A stretch of 64,000 nt of DNA from Nitrosopumilus sp. (GTDB lineage Archaea > Thermoproteota > Nitrososphaeria > Nitrososphaerales > Nitrosopumilaceae), in NCBI GenBank assembly GCA_965223425.1, contig OZ245003.1:1024001-1088000 (forward strand). Reading direction: 5' to 3'. Below are positions 32,381-42,119 of this stretch, one piece after another (the first letter of the stretch is position 1; each line of letters begins with the position of its first letter). Below the pieces are notes generated by a model. That model was not told the origin of the DNA and did no database searches. It saw only the letters and a program-made list of their open reading frames with translations. A program made the position numbers and the translations under genes.

Positions 32381-32857
32381 CAGGAGTACAGCTTACGCTG
32401 GGAAAGCCCTCTCCGCATTACGGCAGTCTTATGCGACCAGGTTGTAGCAGATGCACTTTAGGACAAGCTGCAGCCTTCTCATGGATGCCGTCCTTGCACG
32501 GGCTACTGCGCCGAACCTCTCCTTCATGACAGAAAACGTGTTCTCCACCAACTGCGCTGGCCGTAGGCCTTTGCAAACCCGCACGGGTCGTCCCTGTGCC
32601 AACGAAGCATTTTTCCCATGGGGTTAAACCCCCTAGGAACAGAGTTCTTCTTGGGACATATGACCGGCCCCCTTCCGCTGTCTGCAATGATACGGCAGTT
32701 CTTCCTTGAGAGGTATGCCGCATCCAGCAGGACGTGGCCGCCGGTGTCGCCGTGCGGGGGATCCTCCCGTACATGTCGCAGAACACCGGCGAGTCGTGCT
32801 TTCTGCCGCACGTCACCTCGCACGCAGATACCATGCCGTGCGGGGCCACCAGCACGT

Positions 32858-34223
32858 CAGTAGTTCCCAGATGTAGACTTGTGCCCAGATGTAGGTTTAT
32901 GCCCAGATGCCGGTGCGTTACCGCATAACTGCAATGCAAAGATCCAGATTAGGCTACGGCGTGCAATATGTCATGAAAGTCGAATTACATGACGAACTGA
33001 TCGCACGCCAGTACAATATAACATCAAACCGGTTTAAAATCTTGCGCTCGTCGTTTCAAAAGCTTGGCATGCCAATGTCTGAGAGGCACAACGCCGTATA
33101 CGGATGCAATGACATACTGGACGTGCTAATCAAGGCGTCTGAGAGAAACACGTTTGTAGAATCCCTCGTACGGCACAACAGGCTTCAAGACACGGGTGCA
33201 CGTACGCCTGATGCAGACCTGGTCATGTCTGCAGTCCGTGGCGTCAAACCGGCAGACGTGCAGGCCTGGTGTGCAAGGACGCTGGCACGCACGGTGCGGC
33301 ACGCCCGCCGTGCAGGAATGCTGCAGGACATCGACGCCATTGCAATAGACGTTACGGACATACCATACCATGGAGAGCAGCTGCAGGAGCATACAAGAAA
33401 GTCGCGTCCAAGGGCAGGAACATCCACGTTTCTCTCGTATGTCGCAGTGCACGGAGTCGGCAGGGACTCCTCGCAGATTGTCCTGGAATCGAAGCTACTA
33501 CCGGCAAAGGAAAAACTGGCCGATTTTATAGCCAAAACACGCACGAAAATCCTCAGAGGGGGCGCACACTCAAAGACTGTGTTCCTGTACGACCGCGCCT
33601 TTTACAACGTTGACTGCATGACAGAGGCAGGAAAGGGCGGGTGCCGCTACATTATGCCTGTCATCATGAACTCCAAGATCAAGAGGATAGTCAAGATGTA
33701 CAAGGACGGAAAGGCAAGCCAGGTATCGCAGCAGTCAATGACCAACAAAGACGGCGTAACTGTGACCTACAACCTTGTAATTGTCAAAAGAGACAGGAAG
33801 AAGAAGAAAAAGGGGGAGGAGGAGGAGGAGGAGGAGCAATACATTGCGTTTGCAACAAACATTCCCATCAGGAGCGCCAGAGCCATGACAGGCATCATAC
33901 CGGAGCAGTACCGCAAGAGATGGGGCATCGAGACGGGGTTTCGCGTCATAAAGGAGATCATGGGCAGGACATGCAGCAACTCCCTGTCTGTGAGGCTGCT
34001 GATGTTTTACCTGCCGCTGCTGCTGTACAACCTGTGGAGGATTGCCAGGTTCTGCCTTGATGCGGGAAAGAGGCATGGAAGAGTGTCTTCTGCGGGAAAA
34101 AAACTCACCATGGCGTTGTTTATCGTGTACATTACAAGCAGAAACGAGTTGTTTGTCAATGATCGAGGCAAGTAGAACCGATGCCAGTTGCGGTTGCGGT
34201 AAATCTACATCTGGGAACTACTG
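32858..34223 (+). mobile_element. Element B copy 2: ISH3-like IS, intact
   Basis: TIR CAGTAGTTCCCAGATGTAGA; ACGT TSD. Confidence 0.94.
32907..34175 (+). CDS. ISH3/IS4-like DDE transposase
   Basis: AIDVTD, LYDRAFY, FATN, YRKRWGIETGFR; start may be a downstream ATG. Confidence 0.92.
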   Translation: MPVRYRITAMQRSRLGYGVQYVMKVELHDELIARQYNITSNRFKILRSSFQKLGMPMSERHNAVYGCNDILDVLIKASERNTFVESLVRHNRLQDTGARTPDADLVMSAVRGVKPADVQAWCARTLARTVRHARRAGMLQDIDAIAIDVTDIPYHGEQLQEHTRKSRPRAGTSTFLSYVAVHGVGRDSSQIVLESKLLPAKEKLADFIAKTRTKILRGGAHSKTVFLYDRAFYNVDCMTEAGKGGCRYIMPVIMNSKIKRIVKMYKDGKASQVSQQSMTNKDGVTVTYNLVIVKRDRKKKKKGEEEEEEEQYIAFATNIPIRSARAMTGIIPEQYRKRWGIETGFRVIKEIMGRTCSNSLSVRLLMFYLPLLLYNLWRIARFCLDAGKRHGRVSSAGKKLTMALFIVYITSRNELFVNDRGK

Positions 34224-34868
34224 ACGTGCAGCTTGTCAAACTCGCGCCTTGAGACGAGTCCTTTCTTGGCCTCCTCCCAGTCCACGTAATTCATGATGGA
34301 GAACCCAGACGAGTCGCCTATGACGGTGCCGCACGCGTCGTCTCCTGCCTGTGCCAGAAGCAGTCCTGCGAGCTGCTCGGTCCTGCTGACAGCGCTTTTG
34401 CCATGTTGTGCAGTGACGATTTTGATGGAATCCTTTAGGCCGTAGGCGTTTACCGTACCCGGGTGCAGTTCCATGTACGTGACGTGAACCCTGTACGAGT
34501 GGTTACGGAACACCATGTCCAGCACGCACAATAGTGCCGATGTCTCGTCCTTGGAGGCGCCCTTCAAGACGGCGGGGATCATTTCTTTGAGTTTTTTGAT
34601 CCTCGTCACTATCTTGTTGCCCTTGCCCCTCCTCCGCTTCTTCTCGTATGCTGAATAGTTCCGGCACATCTGGATCCTGTACCTTCGGACGTGGGCGTCA
34701 TGCTGTCCGTTTTTCCTGCCCTTTTTTCGTCGTTTTGACATTGACGTGGTGCCAAGCCCGTGATCCAAAAGCCTTGCAGCAGGATTTCGTCATGATCTAT
34801 AAGCTTTTCTGGAAATTTCCGGGAAAAATTTGGACAGCACCGAAATGCTAAAAAAATTTTATAATGTT

Positions 34869-34886
34869 AATTATGCATAAGGTCTA
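34869..34886. mobile_element. Orphan TIR of the element E family
   Basis: AATTATGCATAAGGTCTA versus AATTATGCATAAAGTCTA at 37531-37548. Confidence 0.65.
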
Positions 34887-34912
34887 ATGATGATATGCAG
34901 CATTTGTAAAAA

Positions 34913-35173
34913 TCATTTTTTGTAGATTTGGGAGCGATGTTTTATTTTGAATACATGCAAAATGAGTTTGTCATTTATGACATGCACAATCCCCCGATAT
35001 TGCCCAATACGAAATTTGTAAAATGGTGAGTTTGTCATCTTTTCAAGCAACCCATACGGATCCAGTGCAATTTCATCCATCAACAAGATTACTTTTTTTG
35101 CAATGTCTGGATGAATGTGATCCAGATCTTTTTGGGCTTTGTCAGAATAGATGACCTTCCAAACAACTGTCAA
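34913..35173 (-). CDS. RelE/ParE-family toxin
   Basis: WKVIYSDKAQKDL..YKFRIGQYR..HRSQIYK. Confidence 0.9.
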   Translation of the reverse strand: MTVVWKVIYSDKAQKDLDHIHPDIAKKVILLMDEIALDPYGLLEKMTNSPFYKFRIGQYRGIVHVINDKLILHVFKIKHRSQIYKK

Positions 35174-35174
35174 A

Positions 35175-35411
35175 TTACAATCCGTATTTTTTTTTCATCT
35201 GCTCTTGAGTCATGTAGTTGCCTTGTTCAATGTCTGCAACTGATGCTTTTATCTCAGCAATGTCATTTTCTGTAAGTAGTTCTTCATCCTCTTCTTTCTG
35301 GTGTTTTAGAATTCGATTAATCATGTTCTCCATTGATTCACCAGGATAATTCTTGAACTTCTCCCACTCTTCTTTTGACTTTTTTGATACGGCAATACTG
35401 GTTTGTTCCAT
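35175..35411 (-). CDS. Cognate antitoxin (RHH-like N-terminus, acidic C-terminus)
   Basis: TSIAVSK..ESMENMINRIL..DIEQGNYMTQEQMKKKYGL; directly upstream of the toxin. Confidence 0.85.
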   Translation of the reverse strand: MEQTSIAVSKKSKEEWEKFKNYPGESMENMINRILKHQKEEDEELLTENDIAEIKASVADIEQGNYMTQEQMKKKYGL

Positions 35412-36092
35412 GTATACCTATAGATAGACATATTATTTAATGATTTTTTGGAAAAAATCTGTTTTGCGCCTAAAGTCTAAACACCTTTTATCAAAGTCAA
35501 ATTTCAGGCACAAAATCAGTTTGCCAGATTACGGATTTAGTTTTTGGGAATGACACAAATTCTCTTGTAATGTTTTGTGCAGATGGCATGGTAGTATTAC
35601 AATTGCATTATACAGTTAGGCACGATCGTTAAACTATCCTATGATTTTGAGAATTTTTGAGAAAAGCAAATGATGCCTGATGTTCGTGGAATATTTTTGG
35701 GATTTAGCTGTTATGTGTTGGTGTTAAACCCCTCTAACTTGGTAAAAATACAGCTCATCAAATGCACTATCTAGCCGGAAATAAACACAGTCAGTCTTCC
35801 CAGAAGTACCTCGAAAATAGTTTCTAAACAGTAACAGATCAATTAGGGCAGTCCCAGAAGGCCTTCATGCACCACCAAAAAGACCAACTGGGACGTGACA
35901 TGCTTAACAATCCACGCATATATCAAGATGTCCTAGAGACAGTAAACTTTATGCGTAATTGACCCGTCAAATTTTTTCTGCAGCATACATTACCAAGACA
36001 CACAAAGCCAGTCCAGGAAATTATTTAATTTTGACGCAAAAGGCCGTGTAAATTCGCAGAAATTAGAAATCCGTGCGCACTCTTGCGATGCG

Positions 36093-36126
<34 letters not shown>

Positions 36127-36700
36127 GCACCCTGTATCGTACCGTCAATAACCAAGTGACGGCCGCTTTCTTTTCGCATCCCACAGCAGTTGAAAGTTCG
36201 CAAGGCCGGTACACACAGCCAGCTCCTCGCGAAACTCCTCTACCGTGCCGTCATACGGGTCTGTCATCCTTGCCCACTGCTTTATTCTTCCGATGGCGTG
36301 CCCCGCCTTTACCCTCTTGGCGCTGATCCTTTTGTTGGAGTCCTTTTGCTGCTGCGTCAGCTCCGTCCGCGGCCTCTTTTTTCCGGCATCTCAAGTGCTA
36401 TTCCCGTGTAGTGATTGGCATCCCTGGTATCCCTTGTCTGCAAGTACTCGTATCCTGTCCTTTTCCGGAGTGTCCTTTTTGTACATGGATTCAGACCACC
36501 TGCCAAAGTCTATCGGATCCTCTCTTATCATGGCAAGATCGTGCGTCCCGCCCTCAAAGGACCTGCCTGCTGCAAGTATCAGGCCTGCCCTGTTTGTTGT
36601 TATGGCGGTGTTAATCGTAAAGCGCTTCTTTTTGCCAGAGTACGTGTTTTTTCTTTTATCCTTGTCCTGCGGACGCTGCCTTGGCACCACCTCGGTGCCG

Positions 36701-36788
36701 TAGTTCACACACAAAATTTTGGAATGAAAATCTGGTTTTTTACGAATGAAATTCATGCTAAATGTTCCAAAAATTTATGTGCTTACTA
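36701..36788. mobile_element. 88-bp MITE related to element C
   Basis: Ends TAGTTCACACACAAAATTTT / AAAATTTATGTGCTTACTA; CG on both sides; splits IID|GTE of the E transposase. Confidence 0.85.
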
Positions 36789-37303
36789 CGTCAATTATGA
36801 TGGTTCTGTCCGGCATTAGCTGCTCTAGCTGCTCTGATGTCTCGGCCTTTTTTACCAGACGGGTCATCCTGTCTGCAGTAGGCAGGATCCCTGCCAGCAC
36901 GGAATCTGCGAACCGGAGGTACCTGCACACGGTGGACTGATCCACATCAAACAGCACTCCCAGTGCATCCTGCGTCACGTTTGAGCGCCTGCGGAACAGC
37001 GCCATGAGCAGAACAGATCTGCGGCCAGGCAGGCAGCGGTTTCCGGGATCCGGTGTCCCGTCCTCTGAAAAGAGCGGCGCGTCTTTGTTGTGCCTCTTTG
37101 ACTCTACCACAAAGTCATTGCAGATGTAGTCAAACTGGTCAAGGTCATACGGTAATCCCTGCAAGCTTTGCGCTGTTGTGCAGTATGCCGTGGATCACCT
37201 CCCTGCTGTGCAGCAGCGACGTGTCCGTATCAGAGCGGCCTGCATCTGTAACGGCCCACAGGCTGTCCTCGCGCAGCAGGCCAATCGTCTTCTCGCGCCT
37301 GCT

Positions 37304-37428
37304 GATTGCTGCGTCCTTTTGCTTGATTGCTCTGTTGTTCTGCTTGATTGCTCTGTTGTTCTGCTTGATTGCTCTGTTGTTCTGCTTGATTGCTGCGTCC
37401 TTTTGCTTGATTGCTGTGTCCTTTTGTT
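37304..37428 (-). repeat. 21-bp tandem repeats encoding heptads (AIKQNNR/AIKQKDA)
   Basis: TGCTTGATTGCTCTGTTGTTC repeated, with variant units. Confidence 0.9.
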
Positions 37429-37639
37429 TGAGCTCCCTTTGCAGCCTGCGTATAGTCTGTTCTGAAGATTCCATTACCTGTTGCGGCGATCAAAATGGAT
37501 CTAAATCTTTCGGAAAAATTTTTATGATTCAATTATGCATAAAGTCTATTGTATCATGTCTTTGATTGCAGAATGTTGCCAAAACCACCGCCACCGGTGC
37601 TGCCGTGAGGTACTTTTGGGAAGACTGTACAGCTAAAGG

Positions 37640-38677
37640 CTACATCTTTGGATCAAGGCCTTTTGCCAACCTTAGCGCGTCTACAAGTCCATCTGCATAC
37701 CCGATACTCAAAATTGCTACCTCGTCTTGGCCATCTTGCAGGAATTTTTCTGCATCTTGTATGTACGACCCTGCATTTTCTAAAACCCCTTGGAATTCTT
37801 TTTGATCCTTGTAGTGTGGCTCAACTTCTTCAAGTGCCTCTCTGACCATTGGAACGTACTTTTCTATCATCTGAATTGAAATCTTTTTTGTTTTTTCAGA
37901 ATTATCAAATGGCTCATCAATACATTTGCCCAGTATTTTTAAAGCGTCTGACTCTGTAAAGTGCAATTTACCAGGTATTATCACTGTGTGTGGGGGCTTT
38001 CCGAAATTTTTCTTCTTCAAACTAGATATCTTACCTGAAATAATTGACTGGTCTCCGAATCCGACTCTTGATGCCACTATGGCATAAGTAGTTGAACTTG
38101 TGACCTTTCTTCTTTGCCCTTTCTCTGTCTCTAATAGCCCGCTTAACGCATCCTTGGGATCCAAGAAAAAATCCCTGTCTTGATCATACTCTAAAAGAAG
38201 TACGGTGTGATTTCCTTCGATGATATTCTTGTAAATTATGTAATATGGCGTTGTAAGTGATTTTGCCTCACTCATTATTGTTGCAATTCTTCCAACTTTG
38301 TAAAAATGTAAACCACATTCACCTATCATCGAAGTAAGCGATGATGATGCATGAATTGAATACGTCTTTATTTTTTCTTCCATCGCTCTTGTTCTTAATT
38401 CAATATGCGTTGTTGCAATGTAGGGATCTCCATATGAAAGCAAAACAACTTTTTTCTTTTTTGCGTTTTGTAAAATCTCATTTCCGTCTTCTACCAGCCA
38501 TCTTTTTGCAGGTTTGAATTCCCCTTTTGTCGCATTTTTGATTTTAGCTAAATCAGGCTTTCTGATGGGACTGGTAAACTGCTCAAGATATACAATGTCT
38601 GCTTTTGATAAGATGTCTAATGCTGTATTGGGAATTGATTTGAATCCGGAAATTCCTAGTCCCACAAACCAAAGCAT
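37640..38677 (-). CDS. dph5: Diphthine synthase with C-terminal DUF357-like domain
   Basis: WFVGLG, YLEQFTS, GDPYIATTH, GLHFYKVG, HTVLLL. Confidence 0.93.
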   Translation of the reverse strand: MLWFVGLGISGFKSIPNTALDILSKADIVYLEQFTSPIRKPDLAKIKNATKGEFKPAKRWLVEDGNEILQNAKKKKVVLLSYGDPYIATTHIELRTRAMEEKIKTYSIHASSSLTSMIGECGLHFYKVGRIATIMSEAKSLTTPYYIIYKNIIEGNHTVLLLEYDQDRDFFLDPKDALSGLLETEKGQRRKVTSSTTYAIVASRVGFGDQSIISGKISSLKKKNFGKPPHTVIIPGKLHFTESDALKILGKCIDEPFDNSEKTKKISIQMIEKYVPMVREALEEVEPHYKDQKEFQGVLENAGSYIQDAEKFLQDGQDEVAILSIGYADGLVDALRLAKGLDPKM

Positions 38678-39804
38678 TACTGCACCTTTCTGTCATGAAG
38701 TCTTTTTAAATGCTGAATAGTTTTCTTGAAAACTTCTATTCCCCTTAGATACTCATCGATTGAAACTTTCTCGTCTATCGTGTGAGCTTCGTGAGGATCC
38801 CCCGGACCATACGTGACTACGGGGATCTTCCATTGGTTTCCAAGAACGTTCATGTCGCCTGTTCCTGTTTTTCGAATTAGCGTTGGTCTTGAATGCTCCA
38901 CGTCCATGATTCCAAGAGTAAATGCCCTGACTAGCGGTGAATTATGTGGTGCCTCAAATGGCTCTGTTTCATCAAGGATTGAATAAAATGCCTCTACCCC
39001 TCGCCTCCCTGCAATCTCTTTTACCCAAGTCTCAATCTTTTGTTCAGTTGATTTACAGTTCATATCAACTGGAATTCTAATGTCAAAAATAGTTTCACAT
39101 TCTTTTGGAGTTACATTGTGGCTGATACCCCCTTTGATTTCAGTCACAGTTGCAGTCAACAACATTCCTTTGGTTTTGCCATCTTGATTTTCTTCTAGTC
39201 TCTCTTTGAGTTCTTTTGCAAAAACCATCGACTCTTCAATTGCATTTTTTGAAAGCCAAGGCGCACTTGCATGAGAACTATCCTCTACGCTGATTTTGAG
39301 ATTAATGGCCAGTCTTCCTTTGTATGCAATTGTAACCTGTTTGATCCCGCTTGGCTCTCCAAAGACTGCATAGTCTATGCCCATCTCTTTTTTTACAAGA
39401 TTTTTTACTCCCGTTGCAGTTCCTTCCTCATCTACAGCTGCTACAAAAATTATAGTTCCGTTGTTGTTTTGAATTGATGATGCGGCAAATAGCATTGCAA
39501 TTAATGGCGCCTTTGCGTCTGATGCCCCGCGTCCGTAGAGCGAATCCCCCTCCTTTCTAACCTTGACCTTCCCTGGAACAACGTCCATGTGTCCACATAA
39601 CATAATTTTTGGAGAGCCTGATCCTTTCTTTGCAATCACGTTTCCCACTTCGTCAATTTGAATATCTTCAAACCCCAAGTCATCACATTTATCAACTAAA
39701 AAATCTGCCATTGGCTTTTCACTGAGAGATGGCGTGTATAGCCTGAGTGCCTTTTCAAGTGTCTTCACTGCAAAACTTGGCGTTACTATAAAATGACTAG
39801 TCAA
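38677..39804 (-). CDS. lysK: [LysW]-lysine/ornithine hydrolase (M20)
   Basis: GHMDVV, GRGASDAK, VDEE, KTGTGDMN, AHTIDE. Confidence 0.92.
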   Translation of the reverse strand: MTSHFIVTPSFAVKTLEKALRLYTPSLSEKPMADFLVDKCDDLGFEDIQIDEVGNVIAKKGSGSPKIMLCGHMDVVPGKVKVRKEGDSLYGRGASDAKAPLIAMLFAASSIQNNNGTIIFVAAVDEEGTATGVKNLVKKEMGIDYAVFGEPSGIKQVTIAYKGRLAINLKISVEDSSHASAPWLSKNAIEESMVFAKELKERLEENQDGKTKGMLLTATVTEIKGGISHNVTPKECETIFDIRIPVDMNCKSTEQKIETWVKEIAGRRGVEAFYSILDETEPFEAPHNSPLVRAFTLGIMDVEHSRPTLIRKTGTGDMNVLGNQWKIPVVTYGPGDPHEAHTIDEKVSIDEYLRGIEVFKKTIQHLKRLHDRKVQ

Positions 39805-39807
39805 TTC

Positions 39808-40650
39808 TTACCTGCCCATTTTCAGTGCATAATCAAGCATTAATGAAGGAATGTCTGTTTCACACACCCTCACTGTATTCTTGTATTCTGTTGTATTGTT
39901 AACCTCATGAACCACTAATCCTTTCTCATCACTTTCCATCAAATCTACACCTACGATATCTCCCTGAACTGCATTTTTTGCCTTAATACACATTTCTTCC
40001 ATCTCTGGTGTGGCCCTGCATGGTTCTGCCACTCCTCCAAGTGCCATGTTAGTTTTCCAATGGTCTGAATTTCTGTAAATTGCTGCAACTATTTTGTCTC
40101 CTACCATTATGGCTCTGATGTCTCTTGGAGGTCTTTTTACAAATTCTTCCAAGTAATGAATGTGGTAAATTGGATACATGTTTTCCCTGCTCTCAATAAT
40201 TCCTTCAGCAGAATCTTTGTCATTTAGTTTTGAGATTAGTCTGCCCCAACTGCCAACTGTCGGTTTGATTACTTTGGGGAATCCCTGCGTTTCTAGTGCT
40301 TGCACAGCTGCTTCCTTTGAAAACGCAACTGTTGCATCGGGAGTTGGCACTCCAAATTTTTTCAATAACATGTGTGTGAACAATTTATTTCCCGCAAAAA
40401 CACCTGTGTTAAGACAATTAATTACCTTGACTCCCAACCCTTCAAGAGCTGCAGTTGAATGCAAATTTCTATAGTAGCTTACACATCTCTGAATAACTAT
40501 GCCGTAATCTTCAGGCTTTTTTTCTAAATCCAGCGCTAATCTCTTACAATCAACCATCTGGATGTTGACATTCTTTTTTTTACCAGCTTCTAGTAGAGCT
40601 TTTTCTTCCCAACGGATGGTATCATAAAGAATGGTAACGTCAGGATTCAC
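39808..40650 (-). CDS. lysX: LysX ATP-grasp ligase
   Basis: RWEEKAL, QRCVSYYR, KPTVGSWGR, HEVNNTTEYK; GTG start overlaps the lysW stop. Confidence 0.93.
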   Translation of the reverse strand: MNPDVTILYDTIRWEEKALLEAGKKKNVNIQMVDCKRLALDLEKKPEDYGIVIQRCVSYYRNLHSTAALEGLGVKVINCLNTGVFAGNKLFTHMLLKKFGVPTPDATVAFSKEAAVQALETQGFPKVIKPTVGSWGRLISKLNDKDSAEGIIESRENMYPIYHIHYLEEFVKRPPRDIRAIMVGDKIVAAIYRNSDHWKTNMALGGVAEPCRATPEMEEMCIKAKNAVQGDIVGVDLMESDEKGLVVHEVNNTTEYKNTVRVCETDIPSLMLDYALKMGR

Positions 40651-40814
40651 TGTCCCCAATCCTCGCCAACCGTTTGGGCAGGCTTTAGATCGAAACCGTC
40701 TGAACCTTTAGCTAATTCAAAACTTGCACCACATTCTGGACACGTTACAATCTCCCCTTCAAGTGCGTCGCCTGGTATGGAAATATCTGCATCGCATTCT
40801 TCACATTTTGACAT
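40647..40814 (-). CDS. lysW: LysW-family carrier protein ending EDWGQ
   Basis: Manual translation MSKCEECDADISIPGDALEGEIVTCPECGASFELAKGSDGFDLKPAQTVGEDWGQ. Confidence 0.92.
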   Translation of the reverse strand: MSKCEECDADISIPGDALEGEIVTCPECGASFELAKGSDGFDLKPAQTVGEDWGQ

Positions 40815-40836
40815 ATTTTCTCTTCACTTTTTCTTT

Positions 40837-42003
40837 CTATTTATCATTAATTATCTTTTTTTCAAGCCTGTCTTCAAGTGGAATCTCGATAAGATCCCCC
40901 ATTCTGAGACCCTTTAACCCAGCTGCAACTGCTTTTGCGCCTTCATCATCTTTGTCAAGCCCCAATAACGACATTAGATAGGCAGCCCCTGTCTTTCCTG
41001 CTAGTTCCCCAAAAACAATCCTTCGCCTATTTCCGACTGCTCGCGGTGGAATGGGCTCATACGCTGCAGGATTTCTGAGAATTGCAGCCAGGTGGGTTCC
41101 TGCTTTGTGTTTGTATGCCGATGATCCTACGATTGGTTTTGAGTCATATGGCTTGATTGATGTGTATTCTTCAATTAGTCTGGACAGATCCAGTAGCATG
41201 TCTAGCCTAAAATCATTTGGTGATTTGTATAGGTAGGCAAGTGCCACTGCAACTTCTGCAAGAGGTGGAATCCCTGTCCTTTCCCCAATCCCGTCAATAG
41301 TGGTGTGAATTTGATCCACTCCTGCATCACATGCTGAAAATGCGTTTGCTACTGCAAACCCTATGTCATTGTGAACATGTGCATCTAACGGAACATCTAC
41401 TACATCTCTAACTTTTTTGACAAAATTATACATTCCAACCGGACGCAAAATTCCAACTGTATCTGGAAGACTGATTCTATCAACACCTGCCTCTTCAATT
41501 GCCTTGCACATTTTTAGTAAAAATTCAGGTTCTGTCCTGCTCCCGTCCTCTACTGTGAATCTAATTTTAAGACCGTGAGACTTTGCATACTCTACAGTCT
41601 CTACAGCTCTGTCAAGTGCTTCTTCCCTTGATATGCGCAGTTTGTCTTTTAGATGAATATATGAAATCCCTAAATATGCAGCACACCATTTTGCATCACA
41701 ATCTAACGAAGCATCAATATCTTCTTTGAGTGCTCGTCCATGAGAAACGATATCTGCCATTAATCCTTGCTTGATGATTGTTTTAGTCGCTTCTTTGTGA
41801 TCCCTAGATACAACTGGGGATATTTCAATTTGATCTACTCCAAAATAATCTAACATCCATGCAATCTGGATTCTTTGTTTGTTTGTAAATGAAACACCGG
41901 GATGTTGTTCCCCTTCTCTTAAAGTGCTATCTAGCACTCTGATCTTCTTTGGGGTTTTGTCATATGCATTGTAGATGTTTGCATAGTGATTCGGATCTTT
42001 CAT
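40837..42003 (-). CDS. Homocitrate synthase (LeuA/DRE-TIM family)
   Basis: DSTLREGEQ, HVHNDIG, GIGERTG, HKAGTH; within the lysine cluster. Confidence 0.85.
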   Translation of the reverse strand: MKDPNHYANIYNAYDKTPKKIRVLDSTLREGEQHPGVSFTNKQRIQIAWMLDYFGVDQIEISPVVSRDHKEATKTIIKQGLMADIVSHGRALKEDIDASLDCDAKWCAAYLGISYIHLKDKLRISREEALDRAVETVEYAKSHGLKIRFTVEDGSRTEPEFLLKMCKAIEEAGVDRISLPDTVGILRPVGMYNFVKKVRDVVDVPLDAHVHNDIGFAVANAFSACDAGVDQIHTTIDGIGERTGIPPLAEVAVALAYLYKSPNDFRLDMLLDLSRLIEEYTSIKPYDSKPIVGSSAYKHKAGTHLAAILRNPAAYEPIPPRAVGNRRRIVFGELAGKTGAAYLMSLLGLDKDDEGAKAVAAGLKGLRMGDLIEIPLEDRLEKKIINDK

Positions 42004-42119
42004 TGCTAAAATCGTTGGTCAAAATTGAGAATATAAACATATTCGTACTATGTTCGTTGATAATAACTAATAATGATCCTAATCTAGTTTTGATTTGAAA
42101 TTATAATGCGAATGTCGTT

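Larger units (their letters stand above)
31097..34841 (-). mobile_element. Element A copy 2: inverted, frameshifted, interrupted by C2 and B2
   Basis: GGTGCTGTCCAAATT TIRs at 31097 and 34841; fragments match 28642-29867; flanks are not duplicated. Confidence 0.92.

Noticed and set aside
37304-37428. 21-bp repeats as CRISPR
   Set aside because: Contiguous tandem units without spacers.
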